A DNA stretch of 64,000 nt from Candidatus Omnitrophota bacterium (GCA_022710715.1 JAKLGJ010000004.1:256166-320165), one strand, 5' to 3'; numbered from the stretch's first letter, positions 8,707 to 17,948 are shown. A program made the numbers and translations. Notes: generated by a model from the sequence alone, not told the origin.

Positions 8707-10432
8707 ATTTATAGATTTGGAGAGGTGCGAGAGCGGTTGAATCGGCATGTCTGGAGAACATGTGACTCGCAAGGGTCCCAGGGTTCGAATCCCTGCCTCT
8801 CCGCCATTGTTGACGCTCAGGCGAACCCTGTTCGGTGCTGGTAACAGCAACGGGCAGGGTTTCCTGTTTTTTAGGGTCAATTTGGCAGGTTAGTTCCTCG
8901 AACGGTTCCCCGATGTACATCCGCATTATCACATGGTCATCATGGACGTCTATGGCCTTAATAAGAGCCTTTAGCAGGGTTATTTGGGCTTCTGCCGGGG
9001 CTTTGTCCAGATGCGCCATGGCAAACCGCAGGTTTGAGTATAAGTATTCGCTGGAGTGGATCGACATGTCAGCGGCTCTGCGGCGTGCCAAAGCCTTCGA
9101 TAATTGATCTTCCAATACCGTGACTTCTTTCTCGTAGGCGTCCATTTTCTCGGAGTAGGTAACGCCTTTTGAAATCACTTTGTCTATGGCAAGGTTTAAG
9201 AGTTTAGACGCCGCTTTTTTGGCTTTATCGAGTTTCTTTTGGAGGGTTTTAATTTCTTTTTCGTAGATGTCCAGTTTGGTTGCATTGTCCTTGATTGCGT
9301 TACCCATCGCCTTCACGATTATTTCCTGATCCTTGGATGCTCGCCTAAAGAAGGCAATCACCGCTTCATCAAACGCCGTAGCGGATATCCGCTTGGTGTC
9401 ACACCCGAGTCTTTGTCTCGCCCGGCTGCATTCATAATAATAAAAGATGTTTCCATTATGGCTGTGAGCTATGGCGCAGACGAAGCTACTTCCGCATTTC
9501 CCGCATCGCAGTAATCCTTTCAAACGCTGGTTATAATCCTTGGCTATTTTTTTAAACCTATGGCCGGGGAGGTTTGCCGAAATAACCCGGTTAGCTTTTC
9601 CCCAGAGTTCTTCATCAACGATCGCAAGATGTTTGCCTTTGTTGAGTTCCCCCGAATACGAAATTATGCCTTTGTAAAACGGGTTCTTTATGATCTTAGC
9701 GACCGTTTGTTTTCGCCACAGCAGTTTCTTTGCGGTAGGCACTTCATTTTGTATGAGGGTTTGACCGATTTCGCTTAGGGTTTTATTATCGGAGGCTAAC
9801 TCAAAAATGCGCCGTATGTGCGGAGCTATCGTTTCGTCGATTTCATTTTTATGGGGTTGTCTGCCGTTTGGAAGCGGCTCGCCGTCTTTGACTTGTTTGT
9901 AGCCAAACGGTGGTCTACCGGCAACCCATTTGCCTTGTCTCGCTCGGGCGATCGCTGAGGCTTTGACACGCTCACCGGTTAGCTCACGCTCAAAAGCGGA
10001 GAGCAGACCTATGATGCCGATAACGACTCGCCCGATCGCTGTTGAGCTGTCGAGATTCTCACGCACGGATAAGAAGTCAACTTCTTGCGCCTTGAAAATA
10101 TCAATCATGCTGTAAAGATCACGAGGGTTGCGGGTGAGACGGTCAAGGCGGAAGAAAATAATACCGTCAAAAGATTTGGTTTTTTGGATATCTTTCAAGA
10201 TCGCCTGTATGCCCGGGCGGTTGAGATCCTTCCCGGAATAGCCATCGTCGTTAATCACGCCATTATCGCCAAAACTCGATAGCTCGTAGCCGAAGGCATC
10301 CATCATGTTCTTGCAGTGATGCGCTTGGGCGTCCAGCGTGGTGTAGTCGCCTTGCGCCTGATCATCGGTTGAGCATCGTGTGTAAATAACGAATCGTTTT
10401 CTTTTCTTATCTTGAACTATTGGTGCGATCAT
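8693..10432 (-). CDS. large serine recombinase (prophage integrase); 3' end reads antisense through tRNA-Ser(GGA)
   Basis: N-terminus FVIYTRCSTDDQ (resolvase catalytic Ser), then a recombinase domain and a C-terminal Cys zinc-ribbon (CGKCGS...C); 579 aa. Confidence 0.85.
   Translation of the reverse strand: MIAPIVQDKKRKRFVIYTRCSTDDQAQGDYTTLDAQAHHCKNMMDAFGYELSSFGDNGVINDDGYSGKDLNRPGIQAILKDIQKTKSFDGIIFFRLDRLTRNPRDLYSMIDIFKAQEVDFLSVRENLDSSTAIGRVVIGIIGLLSAFERELTGERVKASAIARARQGKWVAGRPPFGYKQVKDGEPLPNGRQPHKNEIDETIAPHIRRIFELASDNKTLSEIGQTLIQNEVPTAKKLLWRKQTVAKIIKNPFYKGIISYSGELNKGKHLAIVDEELWGKANRVISANLPGHRFKKIAKDYNQRLKGLLRCGKCGSSFVCAIAHSHNGNIFYYYECSRARQRLGCDTKRISATAFDEAVIAFFRRASKDQEIIVKAMGNAIKDNATKLDIYEKEIKTLQKKLDKAKKAASKLLNLAIDKVISKGVTYSEKMDAYEKEVTVLEDQLSKALARRRAADMSIHSSEYLYSNLRFAMAHLDKAPAEAQITLLKALIKAIDVHDDHVIMRMYIGEPFEELTCQIDPKKQETLPVAVTSTEQGSPERQQWRRGRDSNPGTLASHMFSRHADSTALAPLQIYKFKLL
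8719..8806 (+). tRNA. tRNA-Ser (anticodon GGA), long variable arm, CCA encoded
   Basis: Acceptor GGAGAGG/CCTCTCC, anticodon stem CATGT/ACATG with loop CTGGAGA, T-arm CAGGG-TTCGAAT-CCCTG, 3' CCA; about 88 nt. Confidence 0.8.
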
Positions 10433-10564
10433 TGTTCTCCTTTCCTATCTGCTTTACAACACCCCTATAACAACCCCTCGGACAAGTCAAGCTATATCAA
10501 GCCCGTTAGCCGACAAGAGGTCTCACTTGTATATTCCGGTTTTTTTGGTTTTTTGTCGGAATTT

Positions 10565-10607
10565 TTCCGACACTTTTCAGCGATTTCCGGAATGTACGCC
10601 TTAGAGG
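10565..10607 (+). promoter_or_regulatory. conserved about 43-nt phage early regulatory motif, copy 1 (TTCCGACACTTTT..TTTCCGGAATGTACGCCTTRGAGG)
   Basis: Near-identical copy at 11530-11572; both end in a GGAGG Shine-Dalgarno about 10 nt upstream of an ATG. Confidence 0.5.
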
Positions 10608-10616
10608 TGATACCAA

Positions 10617-10841
10617 ATGGGCAAACCGTTAGTTAGTCAGTTTCAGAAACGCTTTGGCGACCGCATCACGGCCGTTTATGCCGACAAGCCCCGCACTGTG
10701 GTTGATCAACAGGTGCAGGGGGAAACCTTGGCAAAAGCTGTTACGCAGGTGATTGCCGGAATCCTTAAGCGAGAACCCACGCAGGAGGAGTTGCTCGGGC
10801 TTGTTGATATATCCGAGTCGCACTCTCGTCGGAAATCCTAA
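10617..10841 (+). CDS. hypothetical phage early protein
   Basis: 74-aa ORF directly downstream of regulatory motif copy 1. Confidence 0.4.
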   Translation: MGKPLVSQFQKRFGDRITAVYADKPRTVVDQQVQGETLAKAVTQVIAGILKREPTQEELLGLVDISESHSRRKS

Positions 10842-10940
10842 ATCACGGAGCCCTCCGTGATTTTGTGAGGGGGTTAAAAGAGCTATCCTTTAGTTGGGCT
10901 TATTTGAGACACCGCAAAAAAAAGAAAGCGGAGGTGTCTC

Positions 10941-11522
10941 ATGATGAGTCCAAGGTACGAAGGTCTGTTTCAAGATTGGGAAATCGGAGTAGCGAAAAAC
11001 GTAATTGAGAGATTCAGGAAGCAGTGGAAATGTTTGGAGCTGGAAGGATTTGACGATCTTCTTCAGGAGTGCTTATCTCACTGGCATTTCTCAAAAGATG
11101 ATTACAATCCCGCCGCCGGTGCGAATATCCGGACGTTCATGTCCAGAGTCGTGGCGCATAAACTCCAGCGTCTTATCGAAAAGCACACAGCGGGGAAACG
11201 TAAAGCCGGAATCAACAACGTCTCATTAAACGAGCCGATCTCAGATGAGGAGGGCTCGCCTACCTATTTAGACCAGCTTTCAGAAGATGAAAGTCACGTC
11301 TCAAATCTGCATATCACCGCCTTACTAAAAATTGATATCTCACGGACTGTTGAAAAGTTGACCCCGCAACAGCGGGAGCTGTGCCGCCTTTTGGGCGAGG
11401 AGGGCTTGAGTATCTCAGAAGCCAGCGAGTTGCTTAAGACGCCCCGGAGCACTTTGTACGAGGACATCAAGCGTATCAAAGCCATATTCCAGCAGGAAAA
11501 CCTTCAGGAGTATCTCGATTGA
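10941..11522 (+). CDS. phage-encoded sigma-70 family (ECF-like) factor
   Basis: Region-2-like segment DDLLQECLSHWHF...IRTFMSRVVAHKLQRLI and region-4 HTH LTPQQRELCRLLGEEGLSISEASELLKTPRSTLYEDIKR. Confidence 0.6.
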   Translation: MMSPRYEGLFQDWEIGVAKNVIERFRKQWKCLELEGFDDLLQECLSHWHFSKDDYNPAAGANIRTFMSRVVAHKLQRLIEKHTAGKRKAGINNVSLNEPISDEEGSPTYLDQLSEDESHVSNLHITALLKIDISRTVEKLTPQQRELCRLLGEEGLSISEASELLKTPRSTLYEDIKRIKAIFQQENLQEYLD

Positions 11523-11529
11523 AAAAAGT

Positions 11530-11572
11530 TCCGACACTTTTTGAAGTTTTCCGGAATGTACGCCTTGGAGGA
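11530..11572 (+). promoter_or_regulatory. conserved phage early regulatory motif, copy 2
   Basis: See copy 1; the same nucleotide block produces the shared SGMYALE peptide in two six-frame ORFs. Confidence 0.5.
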
Positions 11573-11580
11573 AAAAAAGA

Positions 11581-11870
11581 TGCAGGTTTGCAGGTTCAAA
11601 TTTAATAAAAACGTAAGCCGTGAGCAGATTGAGGAAAAGATCGCCTTTGCGGTCGTGGCCGCTGAATGCACGTTTGGGCAGGCGAAGGTCAGGCTCAATG
11701 CGGCTTACCTTGCGGCGGACAACAAGGTTGTCATTGATGTCTCAAGTCCGGTTGGTGAGCACATAGCGGAGGTTTTTACTGGGCTTCTTATCAAGGATTA
11801 CGGCGAGCAGTCATTCACGGTGGAGAGGGTGCGCAATGAAGGTAGTTCGGGGACTAAAGGAAATCTATAA
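11581..11870 (+). CDS. hypothetical phage protein
   Basis: ATG about 9 nt after the GGAGG of motif copy 2 (MQVCRFKFNKN...); coordinate about +/-2. Confidence 0.4.
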
Positions 11871-11879
11871 ACGCTTGAG

Positions 11880-13361
11880 TTGGTACAACCGCATGAGATT
11901 GCGGGAAGCCAATTGCAAGGAATTAAGGAGAAGGCAGTGAGTCTTTACAGGCACCAAAAAGAAGCTGTCGAGTTTGCGGTACGCAATCGTGGGTGCTGTG
12001 CGTTTTTTCATGATCCCGGTTTGGGCAAGACACTCACGGGGCTTGAGGTGTTCCGCTATTACAGAAGCAAGATCCCGGGGCTTCGATTGTTGGTTGTCTG
12101 TCCGCTTTCCTTGGTCAACTCGGCGTGGGGCGAGGACATTAAGAGGTTTACCAATTTCACCTATGCGCCATTTAAGGAAATTAAGGGCGAGGTGCCGGAT
12201 ATCGTGGTTATCAATTACGAGTGCCTTATCTCGAAAAAGAATTTGCCGCTTGTGGAGTCGCTTATTTGGAAGCACCGCTTCATGTGCATACTCGATGAAA
12301 GTTCTCGTCTTAAAAATAACAAGAGCATCACCACAAAAACGCTTCTCGATCTGTCAGGGAATTTTAATTATCGGTTGGTCGCATCAGGAACGCCCATGCC
12401 GAATAGCGAGCTTGAGTTATGGGGGCAGATGAATTTCGTCCAGCCGGAGTTGCTTCATAAATCGTTCTACGCATTTCGCAATACCTATTTTCATTTGGAG
12501 CGCAACGGCATCATGCGGCAGGGAAGCCGGTACATGAGTAAGGACGAGATCCGAGAAATCTTCAGTCAAGGATGGAAGTACGCAATCACCGATGAGAACA
12601 GGGAATGGTTGATGAGCGAGATTAAGCCGTTCGCGCACTGGGTAAAAAAAGAGGAAGCGTTGGATCTTCCCGAGAAGATTGATGAGACCCGGGAGGTCAC
12701 GCTCTCGGCGCAGGAGCGCAAGGCTTATAAGGAAATGGAAGATTTGCTCATTACCGAGATTGACGGCGTTGAGGTAACGGCGCAAATCGCTCTCACTAAA
12801 CTCATGAAATTACGTCAGGTGACAGCCGGGTTTTTGTATTCGGCGACAGGGGCGGCGCTTCAGATCGGCAGTTCCTCAAAACTTAAAGAGCTTGAGGAGG
12901 TGTTGGAGGAGTTAGGCAGTCAGCCGGTGATTATCTGGGTGCAGTTTCACCACGAGGTAAACGCTATCCATAAACTCATCAGCGATAAGTACGGAGCGGA
13001 TCAGGTCACGACGCTTTATTCGGAAACGCCGGATCGGGACGAATCAATCAACAAATTCAAAAATAACGAGGTGCGGTATTTGATCGCTCATCCTCGGTCA
13101 GCGGCGCACGGGCTTACGTTCGTGAATTGCTCGGCGATGGTGTTTTTCAGCCTCGATTATTCGTATGAGGCGCACGCTCAGGCGAGGGATCGCATTCACA
13201 GGATCGGGCAGAACAAGAGTTGTCTATACGTGTATTTAGTCGCAAATAATTCGATTGACGGGGAGCTTTTGAAAGTTTTACAACGCAAACAGTCATTGCA
13301 GGACGTGGTCTATGGAATCGTCAGAAACAAGGCTAAAGGAAAAAGTCCTCGCAATGCTTAG
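11880..13361 (+). CDS. SNF2-family DEAD/DEAH helicase
   Basis: Walker A GLGKT, DEXH box ILDESSRLKN, helicase C-terminal motifs; TTG start per the ORF track. Confidence 0.85.
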   Translation: MVQPHEIAGSQLQGIKEKAVSLYRHQKEAVEFAVRNRGCCAFFHDPGLGKTLTGLEVFRYYRSKIPGLRLLVVCPLSLVNSAWGEDIKRFTNFTYAPFKEIKGEVPDIVVINYECLISKKNLPLVESLIWKHRFMCILDESSRLKNNKSITTKTLLDLSGNFNYRLVASGTPMPNSELELWGQMNFVQPELLHKSFYAFRNTYFHLERNGIMRQGSRYMSKDEIREIFSQGWKYAITDENREWLMSEIKPFAHWVKKEEALDLPEKIDETREVTLSAQERKAYKEMEDLLITEIDGVEVTAQIALTKLMKLRQVTAGFLYSATGAALQIGSSSKLKELEEVLEELGSQPVIIWVQFHHEVNAIHKLISDKYGADQVTTLYSETPDRDESINKFKNNEVRYLIAHPRSAAHGLTFVNCSAMVFFSLDYSYEAHAQARDRIHRIGQNKSCLYVYLVANNSIDGELLKVLQRKQSLQDVVYGIVRNKAKGKSPRNA

Positions 13362-13611
13362 GAGGGAATTTGGCGATGCGTGGGTTTACAAAACGTCGGA
13401 TAGATGGAAGGCGGGAATCCCGGACGTGCTTATCTGCAGGAAAGGACGCTTTTTTGCGGCCGAGCTTAAAGCCGGGAATAACAAGGCTACGAGAATACAG
13501 CTTTACGTTCTTGAGCAGATTAAACGTGCCGGTGGGCGTGTGGCTGTGTGTCGTAGTGTGGATCAGGTCAGGAATCTACTTACTAACGAAGGAGGTGATT
13601 TAAATGGTTAA
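13312..13611 (+). CDS. VRR-NUC domain nuclease
   Basis: PD-(D/E)xK-like core GIPDVLICRKGRFFAAELKAGNN typical of VRR-NUC; commonly paired with an SNF2 helicase in phages. Confidence 0.7.
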   Translation: MESSETRLKEKVLAMLRREFGDAWVYKTSDRWKAGIPDVLICRKGRFFAAELKAGNNKATRIQLYVLEQIKRAGGRVAVCRSVDQVRNLLTNEGGDLNG

Positions 13612-13782
13612 GGTAGGAGAGAAACTTCTCATCGCTGTCAAGGTCATCAGTATCACTGAGACCGAAAGCGGCGTCTTTTACAAGGTCGCTCCGCTGGATA
13701 AAGAGCGGCATTACGACACGATGAATATTTATGACAAGGATATTCAGTCGTGTATGGGGCAGGAAGTCAAGGGAGGTAAATA

Positions 13783-14187
13783 ATGCCAGAGAAAGACACA
13801 GAACGAGAGTTGCTGTCTCGGTTCAAATGCGCACGAGAACGCCGGGAAGAAATAAAGACGGCGTTGGATCAGGCGCAGGAGGAATACGAGAAAGCGGAAT
13901 CACGGCTCATCGAGTTTATGGAAGCGAATGGCGCCATATCCACAGCGAAATATGAAGGCATCGGGTATGCGCAGATTCAGAAACCAAGACTCTATGCGAG
14001 CTGTCGGCAGGAGAACATGGACAGGCTTTTTGATTTCCTTAAAGACCAACAGCGTGAGGATCTTATCAAGACAACTGTCATGCCGCAGACCCTTTCGAGC
14101 TTCACGAAAGAATGCATAGAAGCTGGAATCGAGCTTCCGGAGTTTATCAATTATTACTTAAAACCAACAGTCAGGCTTTACGCCTGA
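13783..14187 (+). CDS. hypothetical phage protein (coiled-coil N-terminus)
   Basis: 134-aa ORF in the replication module. Confidence 0.35.
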   Translation: MPEKDTERELLSRFKCARERREEIKTALDQAQEEYEKAESRLIEFMEANGAISTAKYEGIGYAQIQKPRLYASCRQENMDRLFDFLKDQQREDLIKTTVMPQTLSSFTKECIEAGIELPEFINYYLKPTVRLYA

Positions 14188-14206
14188 AAAACTAAGGAGG
14201 CATGAC

Positions 14207-14926
14207 ATGAGTCAGGAAATCGTAAAAGCGCAGGGCGGTGCTCTAATGCAAGCGGACAAGGAACAGAGAGGTTTTGAATCCGGCGTTGATCAGCAGGACT
14301 TGATCATCCCGAGAGCGAAGCTCATTCAGGCGTTATCGCCTGAGATGCAGGAAGGGTTGCCCGGCATAAAGGTCGGGGCGATCATTAATTCGCTCACGAA
14401 AGAGGCGTTACCGGAGGAGTTTATCCCGATATTCTCCTTCAAGAATTACATTCGTTTTAACCCAAGAAGCAAGGACGATCCGAATTTCGATTCGGACTTC
14501 GAGCCGGGAGCGATTATCTGGCGTTCAGCGGACCCGAATGATCCGCAGGTTCAGGCGCAGACGAAGTTCGGGCCTAACGGCGAGAAACCGGTGGCGATAA
14601 CGTTCCTTAATTTCTTCTCGTACTTCCCGGGCGTGCCGATGCCGGTGATCGTAAGTTTCGCAAAGACGAGTTATCGCACCGGAAAACAGCTTTTATCGCT
14701 GGGCAAGTTCCGAGGCGGGGATATGTTTTCCCGCAAGTATCGTTTGACCTCGCAGATGGAGACAAACGATATCGGGACGTACGCCGTTTTGAGGGTGGCG
14801 CCTGTGGGCGACGCCGCACCGGAGGAGTTCGCCGTGTGCGAGAGGTTGTGGAAGGACTTCGCCGCAAAAGCGAAGGATATACAGGTTCACGTTGAGGATA
14901 CCACGGAGGAAGAAAGACCATATTAA
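14207..14926 (+). CDS. hypothetical phage protein
   Basis: 239 aa, good SD (AAGGAGG); no family recognised. Confidence 0.4.
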   Translation: MSQEIVKAQGGALMQADKEQRGFESGVDQQDLIIPRAKLIQALSPEMQEGLPGIKVGAIINSLTKEALPEEFIPIFSFKNYIRFNPRSKDDPNFDSDFEPGAIIWRSADPNDPQVQAQTKFGPNGEKPVAITFLNFFSYFPGVPMPVIVSFAKTSYRTGKQLLSLGKFRGGDMFSRKYRLTSQMETNDIGTYAVLRVAPVGDAAPEEFAVCERLWKDFAAKAKDIQVHVEDTTEEERPY

Positions 14927-14982
14927 ATACATAAGGGGTGGGGACGTTTTGTCCTCACCCCTGTTTTTATAGGAGTGTGTTT

Positions 14983-17184
14983 ATGAAAATACCGGAACAG
15001 TTACGTGATAACCGGTATGGTTTCCTCAAACTCCGTGGTCAGACAAAGATACCGCTCGAGACAGGATGGCAGAAGAAACCGTACCGATTTATTGATATAG
15101 AGGCGTGGGTTAATACCGGCAACAATTACGGCGTGATGGGCGGCGAGGGTGAGCTTATCGTTCTTGACGCTGATCAGAAAAGGATCAGCGAGATCGCTGA
15201 GTCGGACTTGCCGAAAACATTCACGGTTAAAACACCGAAATGCGGGCATCATTATTATTTTTTGTGCCAAGAGATCACACGCAAGATTGTCCTTAATAAA
15301 GACAAAGAACATTTCGGCGAGATTATCTCGAGTGGCGCTCAGGTGGTCGGGTGCGGTTCGATTCATCCGGACACAAAGACTGCGTATGAGCTTTTTCGTG
15401 ATATGGGGATAACTCGCATCAGCCGGGAGGAAATCTTCTCGCCGTTCGCTGAGTTTTTGCTTGATGACAAGCAGTTGTTTGACGGCATTAAGCCGGAAGA
15501 TTTGGATATCATGACCGTTCTGCAGAAGAACGGCGTTGAGCTTAAAAAAATATCAGGGCAGTACGCTTGCACGCATCCGGTTCATGGTTCAAAGACCGGG
15601 ATGAATCTTGTTGTTCATCCGCAGAAGAACGTCTGGAAATGTTTCCGCTGTAATTCAGGCGGAGGCACGCTTCTTCTGATCGCCGTGCTTGAGGGGATTA
15701 TTGAATGCCAAGAAGCGAAGCCGGGAGTTTTGCGTGGTGAGTTGTTTAAGAGAACCGTTAAGGCCGCAGAGGAGAAGTATGGTTTTAAGGTTAAACGTGA
15801 GGAGACGTCAAGTTTTCCGAACGGGTTATGGAACGATGAGTGGAACGCAAAGCGGCTTGTGGAGCGACACTCCGGGCTTATCAGGAATTGCGATAATCTC
15901 GGCGGATGGCATGTCTGGGATGGCAAGGCGTGGAAGCTCGATGAGATTCACGTTATCACGGCTCTTTCCCGGGATACGGTAAAGACTTTTCATGATTACC
16001 TTCAGCAGATGGATGAGGACGAGCAGAAGTATTTTATCAAGCATATGCGCATCTCAGGTAATGAGGCGAGGCTTAGAGCGATGTCGAATGTGGCTCGAAG
16101 CTGGCCGGGGATGTCGGTTCGGTCTGATGATTTCGATGCGGATCCGTATTTATTGAATTGCCAGAACGGCGTGCTTGATTTAAAGGCGGGGAAGATTATC
16201 CCGCACAGCCCGGACTTTCTTCTCACGAAAATATGCAACACATATTTTGACTCGAAGGCGCAATGCCCGGAGTGGTTGAAGTTTCTTGATACTATTTTTA
16301 AGGGTGATAAAGAGTTAATCGATTTTATTCAGAAGGCTGTCGGTTATGGACTTACCGGCGATGTGTCGCAACAGGTGTTTTTTATCCTGCATGGTGATGG
16401 TGCGAATGGTAAGTCAACTTTCGTTGAGACGTTCTATAAGATTCTTGGCAGTTACGCCGCAATAACGCCTACCTCGACATTGATAGCGAAGCGGGGAAAT
16501 GAAATTCCCAACGATGTCGCACGGCTTAAAGGCGCACGCTTCATTATTTCATCAGAGCTTGAGCGTTCAAAGACGCTTGATGAGGCGTTGGTCAAACGCT
16601 TCACGAGCGAGGAGCCGATCTCGGCTCGGTTTTTAAGGCAGGAGTTTTTCGAGTTTAAACCCACCGGCAAGATTTATCTCTCAACAAATTATAAGCCCAC
16701 GATTAAGGGAACGGATGACGGCATCTGGCGGCGCATCCGGCTTATTCCGTTTGAGCATAAATTTGAAGGCGAGAACAAGATTGAGAAGTTCGCTGAGAAG
16801 TTTTTGTATCCGGAATTGCCCGGCATATTGCGCTGGGCTGTTGAGGGTTTTCTAAAGATGCAGAAGGAGGGCATGAAGCCGCCGCAGATCGTGCAGTGCG
16901 CAACGCAGGACTATAAATCCGATGAGGACGCCATCGGCGCTTTCTTGGATGAGTGCTGTGAGTTTGGCGAGATGGAGACGGTCGCTGTTTCCGAGCTTTA
17001 CGATTCGTTTAAGGAAAACTCGGACGCTTTCATGCGCAAGAAAGACTTCAGCGATTACATGGAGAAGCACGGGTATCAGAAGGACAGAGGCACGGTTGGT
17101 CGGCTTAAAGGCAGGTATTACTGGCGAGGGCTTAAACTTCGGGAGTTGCCGAAGGGGGAGGATTCAGATGAGCGGCCATATTAG
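14983..17184 (+). CDS. DNA primase-helicase: Prim-Pol N-terminus, CHC2 zinc finger, D5_N, P4/SF3 helicase
   Basis: Prim-Pol-like N-terminus (RYGFLKL...GWQKKPY); zinc finger CTHPVHGSKTG...WKCFRCNSGG; Walker A GDGANGKST in the C-terminal SF3 helicase; likely start MKIPEQL at 14983. Confidence 0.85.
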   Translation: MKIPEQLRDNRYGFLKLRGQTKIPLETGWQKKPYRFIDIEAWVNTGNNYGVMGGEGELIVLDADQKRISEIAESDLPKTFTVKTPKCGHHYYFLCQEITRKIVLNKDKEHFGEIISSGAQVVGCGSIHPDTKTAYELFRDMGITRISREEIFSPFAEFLLDDKQLFDGIKPEDLDIMTVLQKNGVELKKISGQYACTHPVHGSKTGMNLVVHPQKNVWKCFRCNSGGGTLLLIAVLEGIIECQEAKPGVLRGELFKRTVKAAEEKYGFKVKREETSSFPNGLWNDEWNAKRLVERHSGLIRNCDNLGGWHVWDGKAWKLDEIHVITALSRDTVKTFHDYLQQMDEDEQKYFIKHMRISGNEARLRAMSNVARSWPGMSVRSDDFDADPYLLNCQNGVLDLKAGKIIPHSPDFLLTKICNTYFDSKAQCPEWLKFLDTIFKGDKELIDFIQKAVGYGLTGDVSQQVFFILHGDGANGKSTFVETFYKILGSYAAITPTSTLIAKRGNEIPNDVARLKGARFIISSELERSKTLDEALVKRFTSEEPISARFLRQEFFEFKPTGKIYLSTNYKPTIKGTDDGIWRRIRLIPFEHKFEGENKIEKFAEKFLYPELPGILRWAVEGFLKMQKEGMKPPQIVQCATQDYKSDEDAIGAFLDECCEFGEMETVAVSELYDSFKENSDAFMRKKDFSDYMEKHGYQKDRGTVGRLKGRYYWRGLKLRELPKGEDSDERPY

Positions 17185-17227
17185 GGTTAAAAAGTCCACC
17201 GCTATAAATCGTTTATTATCAACGAGT

Positions 17228-17390
17228 TCTGGCGAGTGGTGGAGATAGTGGAGTTTTTTACCTATAACTCATGTATGAGAAAAGTTTTGTTTTTATATAT
17301 ATGTACAGGAGAAATGGAAAATCTCTCCACTTTCTCCACCGCATTTGCGTAAGTCGTTGATTTGTAAGGAGTAAACTGCGGTGGAGTTTT
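17228..17390. repeat. iteron-like GTGGAG repeats in inverted orientation plus AT-rich tract; candidate phage replication origin
   Basis: GGTGGAGATAGTGGAG (about 17236-17253) and its near reverse complement CTCCACTTTCTCCACC (about 17325-17340), a third GTGGAG at about 17380, AT-rich TTTTTATATATATGTAC between them. Confidence 0.45.
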
Positions 17391-17417
17391 TTAGAGGGTT
17401 AGCCCTTTGGAGGTGCA

Positions 17418-17735
17418 ATGGATAAGCACGAGCAGTTTAAACGGCTCTATAAGAAATTCTTGGATGGCTCACGCTGGCTCAACAAGAAGATGCAGGAAGG
17501 CACAGCGACAGAGAAGGACAAGGAAGAATTTAACCTGCAGGTAGTCGAGCCTATGGACGCTATGTGGGCAACGTTCACTGATGAGGAGAAGGCGGGCTGG
17601 GAGCAGGTTAAGTACGCAGTTGATCTGTTTGAGGGAACGATTGTTCTCGAGGATGAGGTGAAGTCAAGCAAACAAGATGAGGCACGAAGCAGGAGGAAGA
17701 AGAAGCGATGGAGAAGATATTCCCAATCATATTAA
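17418..17735 (+). CDS. hypothetical phage protein
   Basis: 105 aa with a Lys/Arg-rich C-terminus. Confidence 0.35.
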   Translation: MDKHEQFKRLYKKFLDGSRWLNKKMQEGTATEKDKEEFNLQVVEPMDAMWATFTDEEKAGWEQVKYAVDLFEGTIVLEDEVKSSKQDEARSRRKKKRWRRYSQSY

Positions 17736-17948
17736 TCGTCTTAGATTTCGCCGCAGGTGTGGTGTACGCATGCGGTGGTGATGTACGGCACGCAATCTAC
17801 TGGGCGGCCGCAGGAGTATTGACGATATGCGTGACGTTTTAACGCAAGTATTTTTACGGGTCCTTCCGGGGGCGGCTTGGGCGAGGGTCGGGCGAGGCGC
17901 ATTTTGTGAGTGATTTAAAATTTTAAAAATGCGTGTCAGTGTCAGTAA

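Noticed and set aside
14207-14926. Possible single-strand annealing protein (RecT/Erf-like) in the replication module
   Set aside because: Position is suggestive, but I could not recognise any family motif in the translation. Left as hypothetical.
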